Positions 32,836 through 45,253 are shown, counted from the whole stretch's first letter. The stretch is 62,788 nucleotides of DNA, filler included, from Stramenopiles sp. TOSAG23-2 (GCA_900128395.1; 9 parts of 9 records of this genome joined end to end with filler, not necessarily neighbours in it), one strand, 5' to 3'. Translations and numbers: made by a program. Notes: generated from the sequence alone by a model not told the origin.

Positions 32836-35336
32836 ATGAAAAAACGTTTAGCACAACAATCCTTTGGTGGTAGCTCGTCTGTGCCACCGAGTAAAAAATC
32901 CAAATATGGTGCAGAACAACAACCGGCAACAAATGAACATGGACTTGAATTTGTAAAGGAAAGAAAATTGGAAGCATTGCAAAGTACGTTTAAGCAGAAG
33001 CAAATTGAAATACGTACGTTGCGTGTTGAAGCAGCGAAAGAGAAATTAGAAAGTAACAATGCTCAAGCATCATTAAGTGCGTTTAGTAGGCAATGGGATG
33101 TTTTGAATCACGACTTATCAACTATGGCGGAAAGACTAGGAATTGACAAGGCAAAAGCTGCAAAACCAGTTGTAAATTCGATATTAAAGGATTATTTTAA
33201 AGCAGGTGTTGAAAATAGTGAAGCACACACAACAAATTTTTCATCGAAACTTCATTACATAGTGAAATTATTAGGTTTACCAGATGATGATGACGACGAC
33301 GAAGATGATGATATGGACGGTAGTAGTAGTAGTAAAAAGAAAAAAGGTAAAAAGAAAAATGGTGGCAAGGATGAGGAAGAATTTGAAAAAATCAAACAAA
33401 ATGCTGAAATTAGTTCACGCTTGATTAGTAAGCAAATGGACAATGTTACGCAGAAAAAATTAGCGACAACACGACAATTGATTGAAAACATAATGAATAC
33501 TATTGAAGGTAAGAATAATTCAAAAAGTATATCTTCAAATGAATTGATCTTAACTTTAGAAACAAAGGAAAAAGAATTAATAACACGTTTACATGCGTTG
33601 GAAGATGTTAATGCTAAATCTGCATTGGAATTGAAGCAATTAATTACAAAGAATGAAATGGAAAAAGATATTAATCAACGTTTATTATGGAGGATTCAAC
33701 GTTATATTAATAATGGTAGTGACAATAGTAAAAATAATACGAGCAGTGGTTCATCCTCCTCCTTCTCATCAACAACTACTATAACTAAAACGGAATCTAA
33801 TAATAATAATAATAATAATAGCGAGGATCAAGGAGAATTACAAAATCAATTAAATCAATTAAAGAAAGAGAAGAATAATGAATTGAATTTATTGAAAAGT
33901 AATCTGGATCAAATTAAGAAAATAAGTGATGATCGTGAAAGTCAAATTGAGACTTTAACTAAGAGTTTGGTTGAATTAAAAAATGTTATACGAAAATTAA
34001 GAAGTGATAGTCTTGGAGAAAAAGATGAATTAATTCAATTACGTGACTCAAAAAATAAATATCAAAATGATTTGAATAAGTTATCCGAGGAATTGAATTT
34101 AGAAAAAAAAGCTATTGCTAATTTACGAAAAGATTATGATATGAAAATTCGAAACTTTAATGAAGATCTGAACAACCAAGCTACAAAAGACCGTGATTCT
34201 GCACAGAAATATACTAAATATGCAGATGAATTAAAAATTAAATTGAGTGAAGAACAACAAAAAAATAAACTTTTATCTTCCTTAGAAGAGCAAATACAAA
34301 CGCAAAAGCAATTGTTGCAAGGAAACGAAGCTGCAAAAGCACGTGTTGAAAAGTTATTAACAATCGTTGAAAGTAAAAACAAAGATGAAGAGACGAAGGC
34401 ATTATATGATGAGCTTGCAGAAGTTGAGAAAGCATATGGGGAACAGGAAGAATTGAATGGTAAATTGTCTGAAGAATTGACAGAGACAAAACGAACTAAT
34501 CTCAAATTGCATTCAGAGAAAAAAAAAGCTGAACAAAAGGCAAATATCGAAAAGCAAAAAAATGATTTATTGCAACATGAAGTAGCAGTGCTAAAGAAAA
34601 AGCAGATACCACTTGAAAACCGTATATCAGATCTAGATCGTAGTTTTAAACAATTAGAACAGACAAATTTAGATAATCAAGGAAAATTAGCAATGGTTGA
34701 AAAAAAAAATAAGGAATTAATAGCAATACATGGAGATGGTGATAATAGTAATAATAGCACAGGAGGTATGCAAGGGGAAGAACTTAGAAAAGAAAATGAC
34801 TCATTGACACAATCGTTGCAAACAAAAGAGACGGAAAATAAACGATTACTTGAAAAAATTAGTATATTGGAGAAGAAGAATTCAACATTAAAAAGTGAAA
34901 ATAAAAGTTTAGTAAAGCAAAATGGTGGTGGGACAAAGTCAGCTCAAACATTAGCAACTATTTTGAAAGCATTGCATTGTACGATGGATCAAAGTTTACC
35001 AAGAAATTGTGTTATACGTCGATGTGGACATACATTTTCAGAAATAAAATTGATGGAAGCATATAATAGTAGAAGGAGAAAATGTCCTGAATGTGGTATT
35101 AAATTTGATATGACAGATGTTATCAAGTTCAATGTAGAAGAAAGACAAGTTAACGATAGTAGTGATGACAAAGAAGAAAATTTAATATTTGAAGATTTGC
35201 CAAAACTATTACAATTTGGTATCAACTATTCTTTCCACGGAAATAAATGTGTTAAATTAGTAGAAGGAGAAAATGTCCTGAATGTGGTATTAAATTTGAT
35301 ATGACAGATGTTATCAAGTTCAATGCATTTATATAA
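32836..35336 (+). CDS. BRE1: BRE1-like E3 ubiquitin ligase (coiled coil plus degenerate C-terminal RING); the annotated C-terminus is disturbed by an insertion
   Basis: Long coiled coil, RQW..L..DL, ELAEVEKAYGEQ, RING-like C..D...CGHTF...RRRKCPECGIKF...DV. Removing the 191-bp insertion/duplication restores ...DVIKFNAFI* ending at 35336. Confidence 0.75.
35132..35258 (+). repeat. 127-bp copy of 36489-36615 inserted between two copies of a 68-bp segment (35067-35134 and 35258-35325)
   Basis: Exact sequence identity read directly. Confidence 0.9.
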
Positions 35337-35712
35337 AAATAAAACATGTGTGTGCGTGTATTAGGTATTTAATATATATTAAGCATATCATATTTAATTC
35401 GTATATGAACTATGATATCATACATTAATATACTAAAATATTATGGTGTCATGTGTTTTAAACACACACATGATGTGTGTGCTCTCACTCTCTCTCTTCA
35501 CTCTTTTACAAAGTCGTACACATTTGATGTGCATCATTAATAAATATAAATATATAAAATATATACAGTACGATCGTATTAGCTTGCGGCGGCGGATGAG
35601 AGCTTTATTATAGTAAGAAATAAATCCTTTTCTTAGATTGACTATTGAGCATATATATCATATATAAAAGAGAGATATGCAGTATGAATAAATCAATACA
35701 TCACAGATTCCT

Positions 35713-36195
35713 TTAGGAAGGGCAATTAAAATTTATTTGACATCTTTGTATATCTTTACATAAAGGATTTTGAGTTGCTTCACTTTCAAGTGATATAATA
35801 TCACTTGGATTATTGCATTCATTTGGTATGCAGTTTAAAAACAAATTGCGTACTGATAATGTTTTTGTTTCATCAGTAAGATATTCATTGCTTGGACAAA
35901 TAACTCCACCAGCTTTATTACATTGCGCATTTAAAGCCTCAACGTCTACCCATGTTGAGTTACAACTACAGGAGCTAGTTGGTGTTTCATGTTTTAACAA
36001 TGCTTGTGAATATGCCATAACACATTTATCTGTAGCACAATTATATGCACTTTTGTTATTATGATTTTCTATAGCCCAATGACCAACAAAATTATTAAAA
36101 TCTTTGTCTTTTGAGAGAATATTCATCGCACTACAACATTTTGTGGACGCGTGACAAGGAATTTGTGCATTTGTTTGAAAATCAATAATTTTCAC
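35713..36195 (-). CDS. Small cysteine-rich protein of unknown function; 5' exon or start unresolved
   Basis: 160-codon ORF with many Cys and extracellular-type composition. No ATG at the ORF start, so it is possibly spliced. Confidence 0.5.
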   Translation of the reverse strand: MKIIDFQTNAQIPCHASTKCCSAMNILSKDKDFNNFVGHWAIENHNNKSAYNCATDKCVMAYSQALLKHETPTSSCSCNSTWVDVEALNAQCNKAGGVICPSNEYLTDETKTLSVRNLFLNCIPNECNNPSDIISLESEATQNPLCKDIQRCQINFNCPS

Positions 36196-36457
36196 TGATA
36201 ATTACTGGGTGTCTTTTTCCTTTTTTTCTTTTTTTCTCTGAAATGCATGCTGAAATTATTATCGTTAGGAATGAAGATTTATTTTTGATGTGTGTGGCGC
36301 GTGCATGGCATCATCATGTGTGTAATAAATAGTATACTACATACAAAACAAAATCAAAAAATGTAAAATAGTACATATGAATATATATATATATACTTTA
36401 TAAATATCAAGTATACCATATATATTTGCATGGTATAATAGATTATTGTAAAAGAGT

Positions 36458-37639
36458 ATGACGTCTTACAAAGTATCAAGTGATGTTGATGTAGAAGAAA
36501 GACAAGTTAACGATAGTAGTGATGACAAAGAAGAAAATTTAATATTTGAAGATTTGCCAAAACTATTACAATTTGGTATCAACTATTCTTTCCACGGAAA
36601 TAAATGTGTTAAATTTGTTGCTGTAATTTCGTGGTTTACTTTCATGGCTATCATGTCCTTTCTAGTTTTTGGACTTGGAATTTTCGATAATTTGTATTTT
36701 GGTTTTATTTTTTTTCCATTGTTGTTACATTGTGGTTATGCTTTTTTTGGGCATACCAATGAATGTTTTAAATATAAACAAACAAATTCTCTGTTATTTG
36801 ACATTATTGGATCTGATAAAAAAATTGCAGTAAAAATTACAAAATTTTATAAATATGTAACACTTTTCTTTGTATACATAAGCGTTGTGCTGATAATAGT
36901 AGTAGGCGTTTTTATAATGCCCGCATATTGTGCAAGGGCTGGGATTGAGGGCGTGTTGGCATTTGTTTTCATACTCTTAGGTTCTCTAGCGAATGTATGT
37001 TGGTCCATATCATTTAATCTCGGTGTCGGCTTAGACATTGCTGTCTTGATTTTTTACAAGGATTATCGTGTTAAATGTTTACGATCATATTTAGATTCAG
37101 TACGAGATACTTTATTAAAATTAAAGGATAACGATGATAATATCATTGAAGTCGATCTGTTAAGTAAATTAAGAAAAGAACAAAGTAATATTGAAAAAAT
37201 GGCAACAAAATATAATATTGCTTACAGTAAATATTATGGAAATCAAACCACAACATATTTTATATGGACGTTTGGCCCATTAGCAACAACATTTTTGACA
37301 AAAAATTTGTTTGGCGTAATATTCTGCTGTGTCGTGGGCATATCGTTTTTACCGTTTGTATTCGGTGACTTATGGTTATGTGCTATGGTAAATGTTGAAT
37401 GGAACAAAGCAATTAAAAAGAAATTAAAAGGTTGGGATTTAGCACCAATAATTAAAAAAATTTTTGGAAACGTTAGTGAATTTGAATCCTATTTGCATTC
37501 ACATGAAGCTGGATTTTCAACTGTATTTGGTGTTCCTATAACGTTTGATTTATTAAAAAAATTTGTTGGATTAGTCTGTTCTGCTTTTAGTTTATTAATG
37601 TATCTAATTGCCAGAAATGAATTTCAAAAAGCGTTGTAA
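36458..37639 (+). CDS. Seven-TM protein, second 7TM ion channel (GRL/DUF3537-like) candidate
   Basis: Seven hydrophobic segments, CAMVN after TM6, terminal GFSTVFGVPITFDLLKKFVGLVCSAFSLLMYLIAR. Confidence 0.62.
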   Translation: MTSYKVSSDVDVEERQVNDSSDDKEENLIFEDLPKLLQFGINYSFHGNKCVKFVAVISWFTFMAIMSFLVFGLGIFDNLYFGFIFFPLLLHCGYAFFGHTNECFKYKQTNSLLFDIIGSDKKIAVKITKFYKYVTLFFVYISVVLIIVVGVFIMPAYCARAGIEGVLAFVFILLGSLANVCWSISFNLGVGLDIAVLIFYKDYRVKCLRSYLDSVRDTLLKLKDNDDNIIEVDLLSKLRKEQSNIEKMATKYNIAYSKYYGNQTTTYFIWTFGPLATTFLTKNLFGVIFCCVVGISFLPFVFGDLWLCAMVNVEWNKAIKKKLKGWDLAPIIKKIFGNVSEFESYLHSHEAGFSTVFGVPITFDLLKKFVGLVCSAFSLLMYLIARNEFQKAL

Positions 37640-38345
37640 AGATAAGGAATAAGTAGTATACACAAATATATAGAAAAATAAAATATATAATATTTATATA
37701 TATATGATATAAAAGGCGAGAGGGATGTAAACGTGTAGACTTTAAAACATTACCAGGTATATTCATATTTTAGTCTGGAAAAAGTAATATTCTTCTCCTA
37801 GGTAATTAGATTACCTGGTAATGCCTATCTATAATTTAGTTGCTTTCCTATATTCCCTGGTATTCTAGAACCTATAGAAGAACTGCAACAACTTCCAGAA
37901 CCCAGAACTTACATTTTGTTTTGTCGAGGAGATCAGCACATAAGGGGGATAATTTAGTACTTGGTAGTATAATAAACAGTAGCTATGATTATCACTTTTT
38001 CCAGCCTGATTAAAAATAATTTCAGCAAAAACGAAAATGTTTGGATCTTCAAATTTGTACAGAGGTATTTTAACACAGTATAATGATACAACTATGTTAT
38101 TCCTTTATATATATCTATGCTGAAACAAAACAAAACAATATACGGTTTTGTATAAGAAATAAATATGTCACATACAACAAGAAGACATTGATTAAATTTA
38201 TGAAAAGAAAATTGACAAAGAAACTACTACAACAATAATAATAGTNNNNNNNNNNNNNNNNNNNNNNNNNNNNNNNNNNNNNNNNNNNNTTAATTAATTA
38301 ANNNNNNNNNNNNNNNNNNNNNNNNNNNNNNNNNNNNNNNNNNNN

Positions 38346-39883
38346 CTACTATTGTATACCTGATTGAACACTTTTGTACGTTGTCCATAATCCAGACTGT
38401 TTGGAACAACAAGTGATATAGATGGCATATACATGGATCGAAGTCCCTTTGATTTATATGGTATTATTTTGTATCTCCATTTTAATCCTGCGTCCAATGA
38501 TGATGAAATTGCATCATTATTTTTATATGTTATTTCACATGATGGTATGCAACTATGTACAATTTTTTTATTAATTTCAGCTTTTACTAAAGATGGATAA
38601 ATAGATATTCCAGCAAGACCATCAAAATATTTCGGCGAATCCATCAATAATTCATTCAGCATCATTTGTTGGTTTAAATACAATGCTTCATCTTCTTCTG
38701 TTTCTATATTAAGATTGTAATAATCTTCATTGATCAATTCACAAAGTGTCTCCATCAACTTTGTTGCATTTTCAGGATTTCCATCACTACTAGTATCACT
38801 ATTATTATTATTATTATTATTATTTGATTTCATCACCATCGATGATGTAGTACTCTTATTTGGAAACAATGAAGATAAATGTTGTTGGCAAAATTGAGAC
38901 AATACTGATGGGCGATTTGTAATTTCCATTCCTTTAACTGTTATATAAGATAATAATTTCGAAAATGTAGTACATTTAAGATTTGTTATAACATGATTTT
39001 TTTTCTCCTTGTTATTGCTTCTATTCTTATTCTTAATATTAGAGTTGGCCAATCCATCATATAATAAAGAATACATTTGTAATATAAATTCTGTACGACT
39101 AGCTTTTGCTTCTTCATAATTAACAGGTTCCTCCTTCTCTTCTTCACCGTCTTCCTCATAATAATATCCTTCTTCTTCTTCTGCATCCTCATCTTTTGTT
39201 TTTGCATCCATATAATCTGGCCACAATGGCATATCATCTACCATATTATTCAAAAATGTAGATGACGACTGTACAATTGCATATGCCACGATATTTAAAG
39301 CTAATAGAAAAATTTCATATTCACCAGATTCCATTGATAAAACGTTGTATATATACAATGGGTGTTCCTCATCTACTGGACCAACGCATACCAAATGATG
39401 GCCTTTCATATTAGCATGGTCGTCACGACATAATGGACTACAATATAAGCTTCCACAACCAAGTTCACATCGACATACCATTTTTATTTTTTCCTCGTAT
39501 GATGAGGATGATGTGGTGGGATTACAATAAAATGCTTTGTCAAAAATGTTATTATTATTATTATTGTCACTATTAAAATATTTTTTTTTCCAATCATCTG
39601 TATAAATGCATTGTAAGTTACTATAATCCTGAAACACATTGGCTTGTGCATCTAATGATGGCAAATGTGCTCCACAATGCGCACATACTAAATTCGCACT
39701 TCTATTATCTAGACTTTGTATAAATATTGGCAAATTTAAGTTCATTACATATTGTTCCTCCTTTTTGTTATTATAACTATTATGTGACAATTTTTCATTT
39801 ACTTTTGATTTTTTTTCTTGCTTCTCTTGGTTCAAAACATGTTGTACTTCGTTGTTGGAAGTGTCGGTTGTTAATGATGTCAT
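38346..39883 (-). CDS. SET/MYND (SMYD5-like) protein, 3'-truncated at contig edge
   Basis: Split MYND CAHC...CELGC..LYCSPLC...HHLVC; SET-like IVHSCIPSCEI. Confidence 0.65.
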
Positions 39884-40225
39884 TGTTAATTTTTTTTCTC
39901 AGGAATCGTGTTGTTTCTATAAATTATTTATTTCTATGTTTTGTTTTCTGAATATATGATATATTGTATATATTATGTTGTCGTAAAAAAAAGGAATATC
40001 GTAGGTTTAAATGGACTCGAAAATAAAAAATAGAAAGGTTTGTTGGTCGTCTATTTATTGGTAAAAAACAAAGTAAATAATACGAGTACGTAAAAAATGT
40101 TTTCTTTTCTTTTTGTATTAAAATGTTAGCTATACTTCTAAATATATAATATATATTACAAATTATGTTAAACTTTTTGATTTCTACTACTCGTAACACC
40201 TACAGAACATGTCCAATCAATATGT

Positions 40226-40750
40226 TTATTTATCTTTCTTTGTATCTCCATATTCATCTTTTTCTTCTTTTAATAAAATATTAAATGCTGGTACAAAGAA
40301 GAAGTAAAAAAATAAAATCCCAAATGGTGCAATACACGTCCATCCAATAACCCCATACATCAATCCTGATACAGATGATGAGAGGGTACCGAAAAAGTCT
40401 TTATTTAAATTTTCTACTAGACTGGATGCATCAAACCTATCGGCGGCTTTCAAGTCAAAGATGCTTTCGCCAAATCTAATAATTGTAGAATAGTACATCA
40501 AATGAAATGGTGTCATTATCATATTTACTATTTGTATCAACATCATTTGTCTTGCATCTATTTTAAAACAAGCTCCAAGAATAGTTTGTAATATTATGCA
40601 ACCAATAAAGGATGTCATCGGTATCGGCCATAAACCACCAAGTATACCGATTGAAAGTGCCAAGGACACTTGATGCGATGTAATTGAAGAATTTATTATA
40701 TCAACTAATGAATTCCACATATCTATTCCTTTATTTTTTAAAGTTTGCAT
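40226..40750 (-). CDS. DUF2062-like small membrane protein
   Basis: TSHQVSLALSIGILGGLWPIP, N....P, IRFGE, GVIGW pattern. Confidence 0.7.
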   Translation of the reverse strand: MQTLKNKGIDMWNSLVDIINSSITSHQVSLALSIGILGGLWPIPMTSFIGCIILQTILGACFKIDARQMMLIQIVNMIMTPFHLMYYSTIIRFGESIFDLKAADRFDASSLVENLNKDFFGTLSSSVSGLMYGVIGWTCIAPFGILFFYFFFVPAFNILLKEEKDEYGDTKKDK

Positions 40751-41228
40751 TGCTATTTAATTACTTTGTGTTAAAATAAATGTTATATCTATATATCGAT
40801 ATATTTATTAGTGGATATATGTATATGTATATGTATGTATATATATATATATACGTGCTTAAATTGTTGTTATATTTGTTTGAAAATAGATGTATTTCGT
40901 ATTAATTTTGTTGTTGGTTGTAATAATGTGTATTTTTATTTTTTGTGCGTATATATATATATATATAAATGTATCTACGAGTATATTACAATTATTGTGC
41001 TATATATTCATTCATATTATTAATATTTAATTTTATTACCAACAAACAAAGTAGCCAGGATATGTAAAGGCATTATAATATTAATATCACGTTACCAACA
41101 ACAAAGAAGAGAAGCGAAAAGAGTAAATTATACGGGTGAATTCAAAAAGGAAAACAAAAATGTAACTTGTTATAAAAAAATTAAAATTACACACACTCTC
41201 TCTAACTATATATATACATGATATGAAT

Positions 41229-41888
41229 TTACAATTCAGACAACATCTTTGTATGGGCATCATCACCCATTGATGTTAATGTTGGTACATTCTCTTCATC
41301 AAAACTTACGGTACTAATACTTGTGTTTCGTATATGTATTTTTCCTGATTGGCCGGAAGGCATGTTCAAAATTTGTTGCAAAAGTAATGCAATCGTCCCA
41401 CCATGGCTAACAAGTAAAATTGATTTACCTCGATGTTTATCAATAAGTTCCAGCAGCGCTTCCCATGCACGTTTCTTTACACCATTTGCACTTTCTCCTT
41501 CCTCTGGTTTCCAAGCTGGATCGCCTGTTTTCATACGTGCCCATTCACGGGAAAAACGTTCTGCTAATAAAGGTTTTGTTAATCCTTCGAATTTTCCAAA
41601 ACTACGTTCTCTGAAACGTTTATCAATTTTTATATTACTAGGTTTTATATTTAATCTTTCAATGGCTAATTGCATCGTTGTCAATGCTCGGCCTAAATCA
41701 CTACAATATACTATATCAAAACGAGCTTTTTCACGCTCAAACCTTGCCCCCAATGCCCTAGCTTGCAGCAAACCTTCCTTCGTCAATTGACAACCTTCCT
41801 CATCTTTCCACCCTTGCAACCGTAACTCGTTATTCCAATGTGTTTGTCCATGTCTTACAATTGTTACATGTGTTATTTGATTCGACAT
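41229..41888 (-). CDS. Histidine phosphatase superfamily protein (GpmB/CobC-like)
   Basis: VRHGQT..N...LQG, SDLGRA..T, RERSFG.FEG, GES, LVSHGG, NTSIS; start MSNQ at 41888. Confidence 0.92.
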   Translation of the reverse strand: MSNQITHVTIVRHGQTHWNNELRLQGWKDEEGCQLTKEGLLQARALGARFEREKARFDIVYCSDLGRALTTMQLAIERLNIKPSNIKIDKRFRERSFGKFEGLTKPLLAERFSREWARMKTGDPAWKPEEGESANGVKKRAWEALLELIDKHRGKSILLVSHGGTIALLLQQILNMPSGQSGKIHIRNTSISTVSFDEENVPTLTSMGDDAHTKMLSEL

Positions 41889-42557
41889 ACGATATTTTTT
41901 TATATATATATATATATGTTGTACCGTTTTCAATATTACACAATTGATCTATATACATATATGCATTGATCTCTCGTTTTATAAACCGGTCTAACGAATA
42001 CATACGTATAAAAGTCATCTTGCTCTTTTTTTTTTTTGAAAACAAAAAACATTGTTTATACCAGGTATATATATATACTACTGTAGTACAATAAATGAGT
42101 AAGAAGTGCACAAGTAGTATATTTTCAATTAACCGTTTGGAATGTTTGCTGTGATAGTGCTAATTGCCTTTTACTTTCTGGTTTAAGGAAGCAGAGATAT
42201 ATTAAGAGAAAAGCATGAAGATGAAACGATTATTTGGTATTCTATTTACCATTTTAAATACAAATTATTATATTTTGACTGGTTTTATATGTGTATTTGT
42301 TGTATATTCTAATTCCCTTTCAAGTATATATTATGTGTCATTTGATATTGACAGACATTTTTATTTACTGTTAATAAAAAAAACTAATAATAAAAATAAG
42401 TTAAAAAATAAAATTTTCAACATTCAAAAACATAACAAAACGGAATATAAATATGTACAAAGTATACAAGACACAGATATATATATATAGATTCCTTTTT
42501 TATTTATACATATATTTGTGTGTATTATTGTTACGTACATATTAATATTGCTCACCA

Positions 42558-44762
42558 ATGAGGCCAATGAAGAAAGGATCTTCTGGCCTGAAAATTAAAC
42601 CTGGCAACAACAAAAAACAGGGTAATCCTCCATCAAGAAATATTAATAATATGAACGGCAGTGTCGTATCAGCACAAAATCCAACGAAAAAATATTTAAT
42701 TCATTCATTATCTGAAGTTGGAAAGGAACAACGTGCAGCTGATGAAAAGAGATTTTCTTTGATTCATGATAAAAAAGTAGCGGAACGAAGGAAAAAATGG
42801 ATTCAAGAATTAGAACAGAAGGTTATTGATACACGTGCTGAATTAAGAGCCAGGACAGGAACTGCTGGTATTGGGGCTTCTAAATTTGTTATGAAAAAAA
42901 TAGCCAAACCAACTGGATTGGTTGGTAAAGTGAAAGTGAATACAAATTTCAAAATTGACCCAAGTGGGCCATTCGCTTCAAATGAAGCGGCAGAGAAATT
43001 ATGGGAGTTTGTGAAAAATGAAAAAGTCAAATTATACCATACAGTGCCACGAACACGTAATCATAGTATCAGGCATAAATTGGAAGAAGCTGAAGCACCA
43101 GCACGAAGAATAACGGTAGTCTCACCAAAAGATAGGGCTGAAGTCATGAAACGGAATGCATTGAAAAGCATAGAAACCCGTACCAAATTAGATTTAATAT
43201 CATCCATGGAATACAATAGTGATGAAGATGAAACAATACATCAAAGCATGATGGTAGATACTAGAACTGAAAATGATAGCAATATTAATAATACTGGCAG
43301 TATTGCTATTGACTTAAATATAACAACAATAAATAATAATAAAAAAAATGATAATAACAATAATAAGAGTGATAATACAATGAAGAAAGATGTTGGTACT
43401 ACTATACCGACAAAAGCTAATGTTGTAGTAACGCAAGATACAAACCGTGATATGGATGAGCAAATGCGAAAAGTGAATTTGGAAATGGAAAAGGAAAAGC
43501 ATAAAATGGATATGGAAATGAGCACAAGCGAGTTCAAAGCTATATATGGATATAAGCCTACATTTTCAAATTTAAAGAAACCAAAGTCCAATATTCGTAA
43601 TATGGCTGATAGTGTATTATATGATGCATTACCGCATACCAACGTTGATAATTCGAAACACAAAATAAATTCCGATAATGATGTTGCGTTATCATCAAAT
43701 AATGCAATGAATAATAAAAATACTAAAAGAAATGATATTAAAAAAAGTGTCACATTTGCCTCGACATCATCTAGAAATATTGATTTAATGATGGATGATA
43801 CCATGATAAATGATACTAATAATAATAGTTATGTTGGGATTGGTATTAATAAAAATCCAAGTCCAAATAAAAAATTGAAACTTAATAATAATAAAGTAGA
43901 CGACGTTCAAAGTATAATACTTGACGAAGATGCCGATGATATGATGCATATATATAGTTCTCCATTGTCATCTTCATATGTAACCAGGAAAACACCAACA
44001 CCCCCACGTACCAGGCCGCTTTCACCACCATCAAATGTAAAGCTTGCAAATGTTATGAGTGATACATTAAACGAAGATTTACAATATGAGATTGAAACAT
44101 TTAAAACAAATATAGGACAAGCTTTTGATTCAGTTGCAATGAAGAACAATGTAGAAGAGGATGGAGAGGATAAAGATGATATCAACAACGTGAAGGAAGG
44201 GAGTACCTTAGTGGAAATAGAAGAAGCGAAAGATGATGTTTTAATAGGAGATGCAGCTGAAGAGGAAGACGAGATAGATCCTATGAATGCATCGAATATT
44301 TCTAATGAGGATCCAATGAATTCATCGAATATTTCCCTTGGGACAGCTGCATTGGAAAATGCAATGGCATCCATTATTGCTACTAATGATGCAGCATATG
44401 GCATCTCGCCATTGCCAGTTGTAAGGCGTGAGGTATCCAGTAACCAAAAAGAGGCTTTGTTGGGTGTAACTACTACTGCTGAAATGGATTCATTGTATTT
44501 GGGTACGAAACAGCCATTAAATAATAATAACAACGAGAATGATAAAAATAATAATAGTATTGTAACAGTAGAATTGAATAGTATTGATGAGGATGGTAAT
44601 AATAATAACGATGATAGATCTACCACCAATACCAGCAGGAGTCCCTTTAAAGTAAATGATGGTGATACTAGTTTTACGACTGGCATGACGGTGCCGTTGG
44701 AAACATTAGAAGATGAAATTTGGAAGGAACATTTAGCACTGCAAAAATTGGGCTTGGTGTAA
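42558..44762 (+). CDS. Hypothetical, largely low-complexity protein (basic N-terminus, acidic/Asn-rich C-terminus)
   Basis: 734-codon ATG-initiated ORF; no recognised motif. Confidence 0.65.
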   Translation: MRPMKKGSSGLKIKPGNNKKQGNPPSRNINNMNGSVVSAQNPTKKYLIHSLSEVGKEQRAADEKRFSLIHDKKVAERRKKWIQELEQKVIDTRAELRARTGTAGIGASKFVMKKIAKPTGLVGKVKVNTNFKIDPSGPFASNEAAEKLWEFVKNEKVKLYHTVPRTRNHSIRHKLEEAEAPARRITVVSPKDRAEVMKRNALKSIETRTKLDLISSMEYNSDEDETIHQSMMVDTRTENDSNINNTGSIAIDLNITTINNNKKNDNNNNKSDNTMKKDVGTTIPTKANVVVTQDTNRDMDEQMRKVNLEMEKEKHKMDMEMSTSEFKAIYGYKPTFSNLKKPKSNIRNMADSVLYDALPHTNVDNSKHKINSDNDVALSSNNAMNNKNTKRNDIKKSVTFASTSSRNIDLMMDDTMINDTNNNSYVGIGINKNPSPNKKLKLNNNKVDDVQSIILDEDADDMMHIYSSPLSSSYVTRKTPTPPRTRPLSPPSNVKLANVMSDTLNEDLQYEIETFKTNIGQAFDSVAMKNNVEEDGEDKDDINNVKEGSTLVEIEEAKDDVLIGDAAEEEDEIDPMNASNISNEDPMNSSNISLGTAALENAMASIIATNDAAYGISPLPVVRREVSSNQKEALLGVTTTAEMDSLYLGTKQPLNNNNNENDKNNNSIVTVELNSIDEDGNNNNDDRSTTNTSRSPFKVNDGDTSFTTGMTVPLETLEDEIWKEHLALQKLGLV

Positions 44763-45253
44763 AAATAATTGTCATTTTATTAAAAACATATTTTTTTTAT
44801 TTTTGTTTAAGTATGATATCTCACAATATTATCATTGTGAATACGGAATAACTGTTTTACATTTTTTTTTGCGTAATTTAGTTTCTATTGATATACGAAG
44901 TACGTATTAATATATATTTATATGATGCATGTTCTATATATATATTACTTCGTATTCAAAAAAATACATACCATAATTTGTTGTGTACATTTTTAATCTC
45001 GCTCCTTTTATAGGCGATATATAAGTCCGGTGACTTAGTGTTTTGAAAATATATATTTTTTGTCGTTAGTATAGTTTAAGTTAGTACTAGTACTTGGTAT
45101 ATAGAAGAAGGCAATCCAGCAATGTTGAAGTTGGCACGGCTATTTACAACACCACGCGTGAGATCCAGGTTATTAAGGTTTTATCTCTAAGCTCTGATTT
45201 TGTGTACATAATTGCACACACACGTGTGGTGGTGTGGTGGTAGCTGTAGCTGA

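Noticed and set aside
35135-35304. BRE1-7TM fusion protein sharing the VEERQVNDSSDD... peptide
   Set aside because: Explained by an exact 127-bp templated insertion plus duplication; the native terminus is still present downstream.
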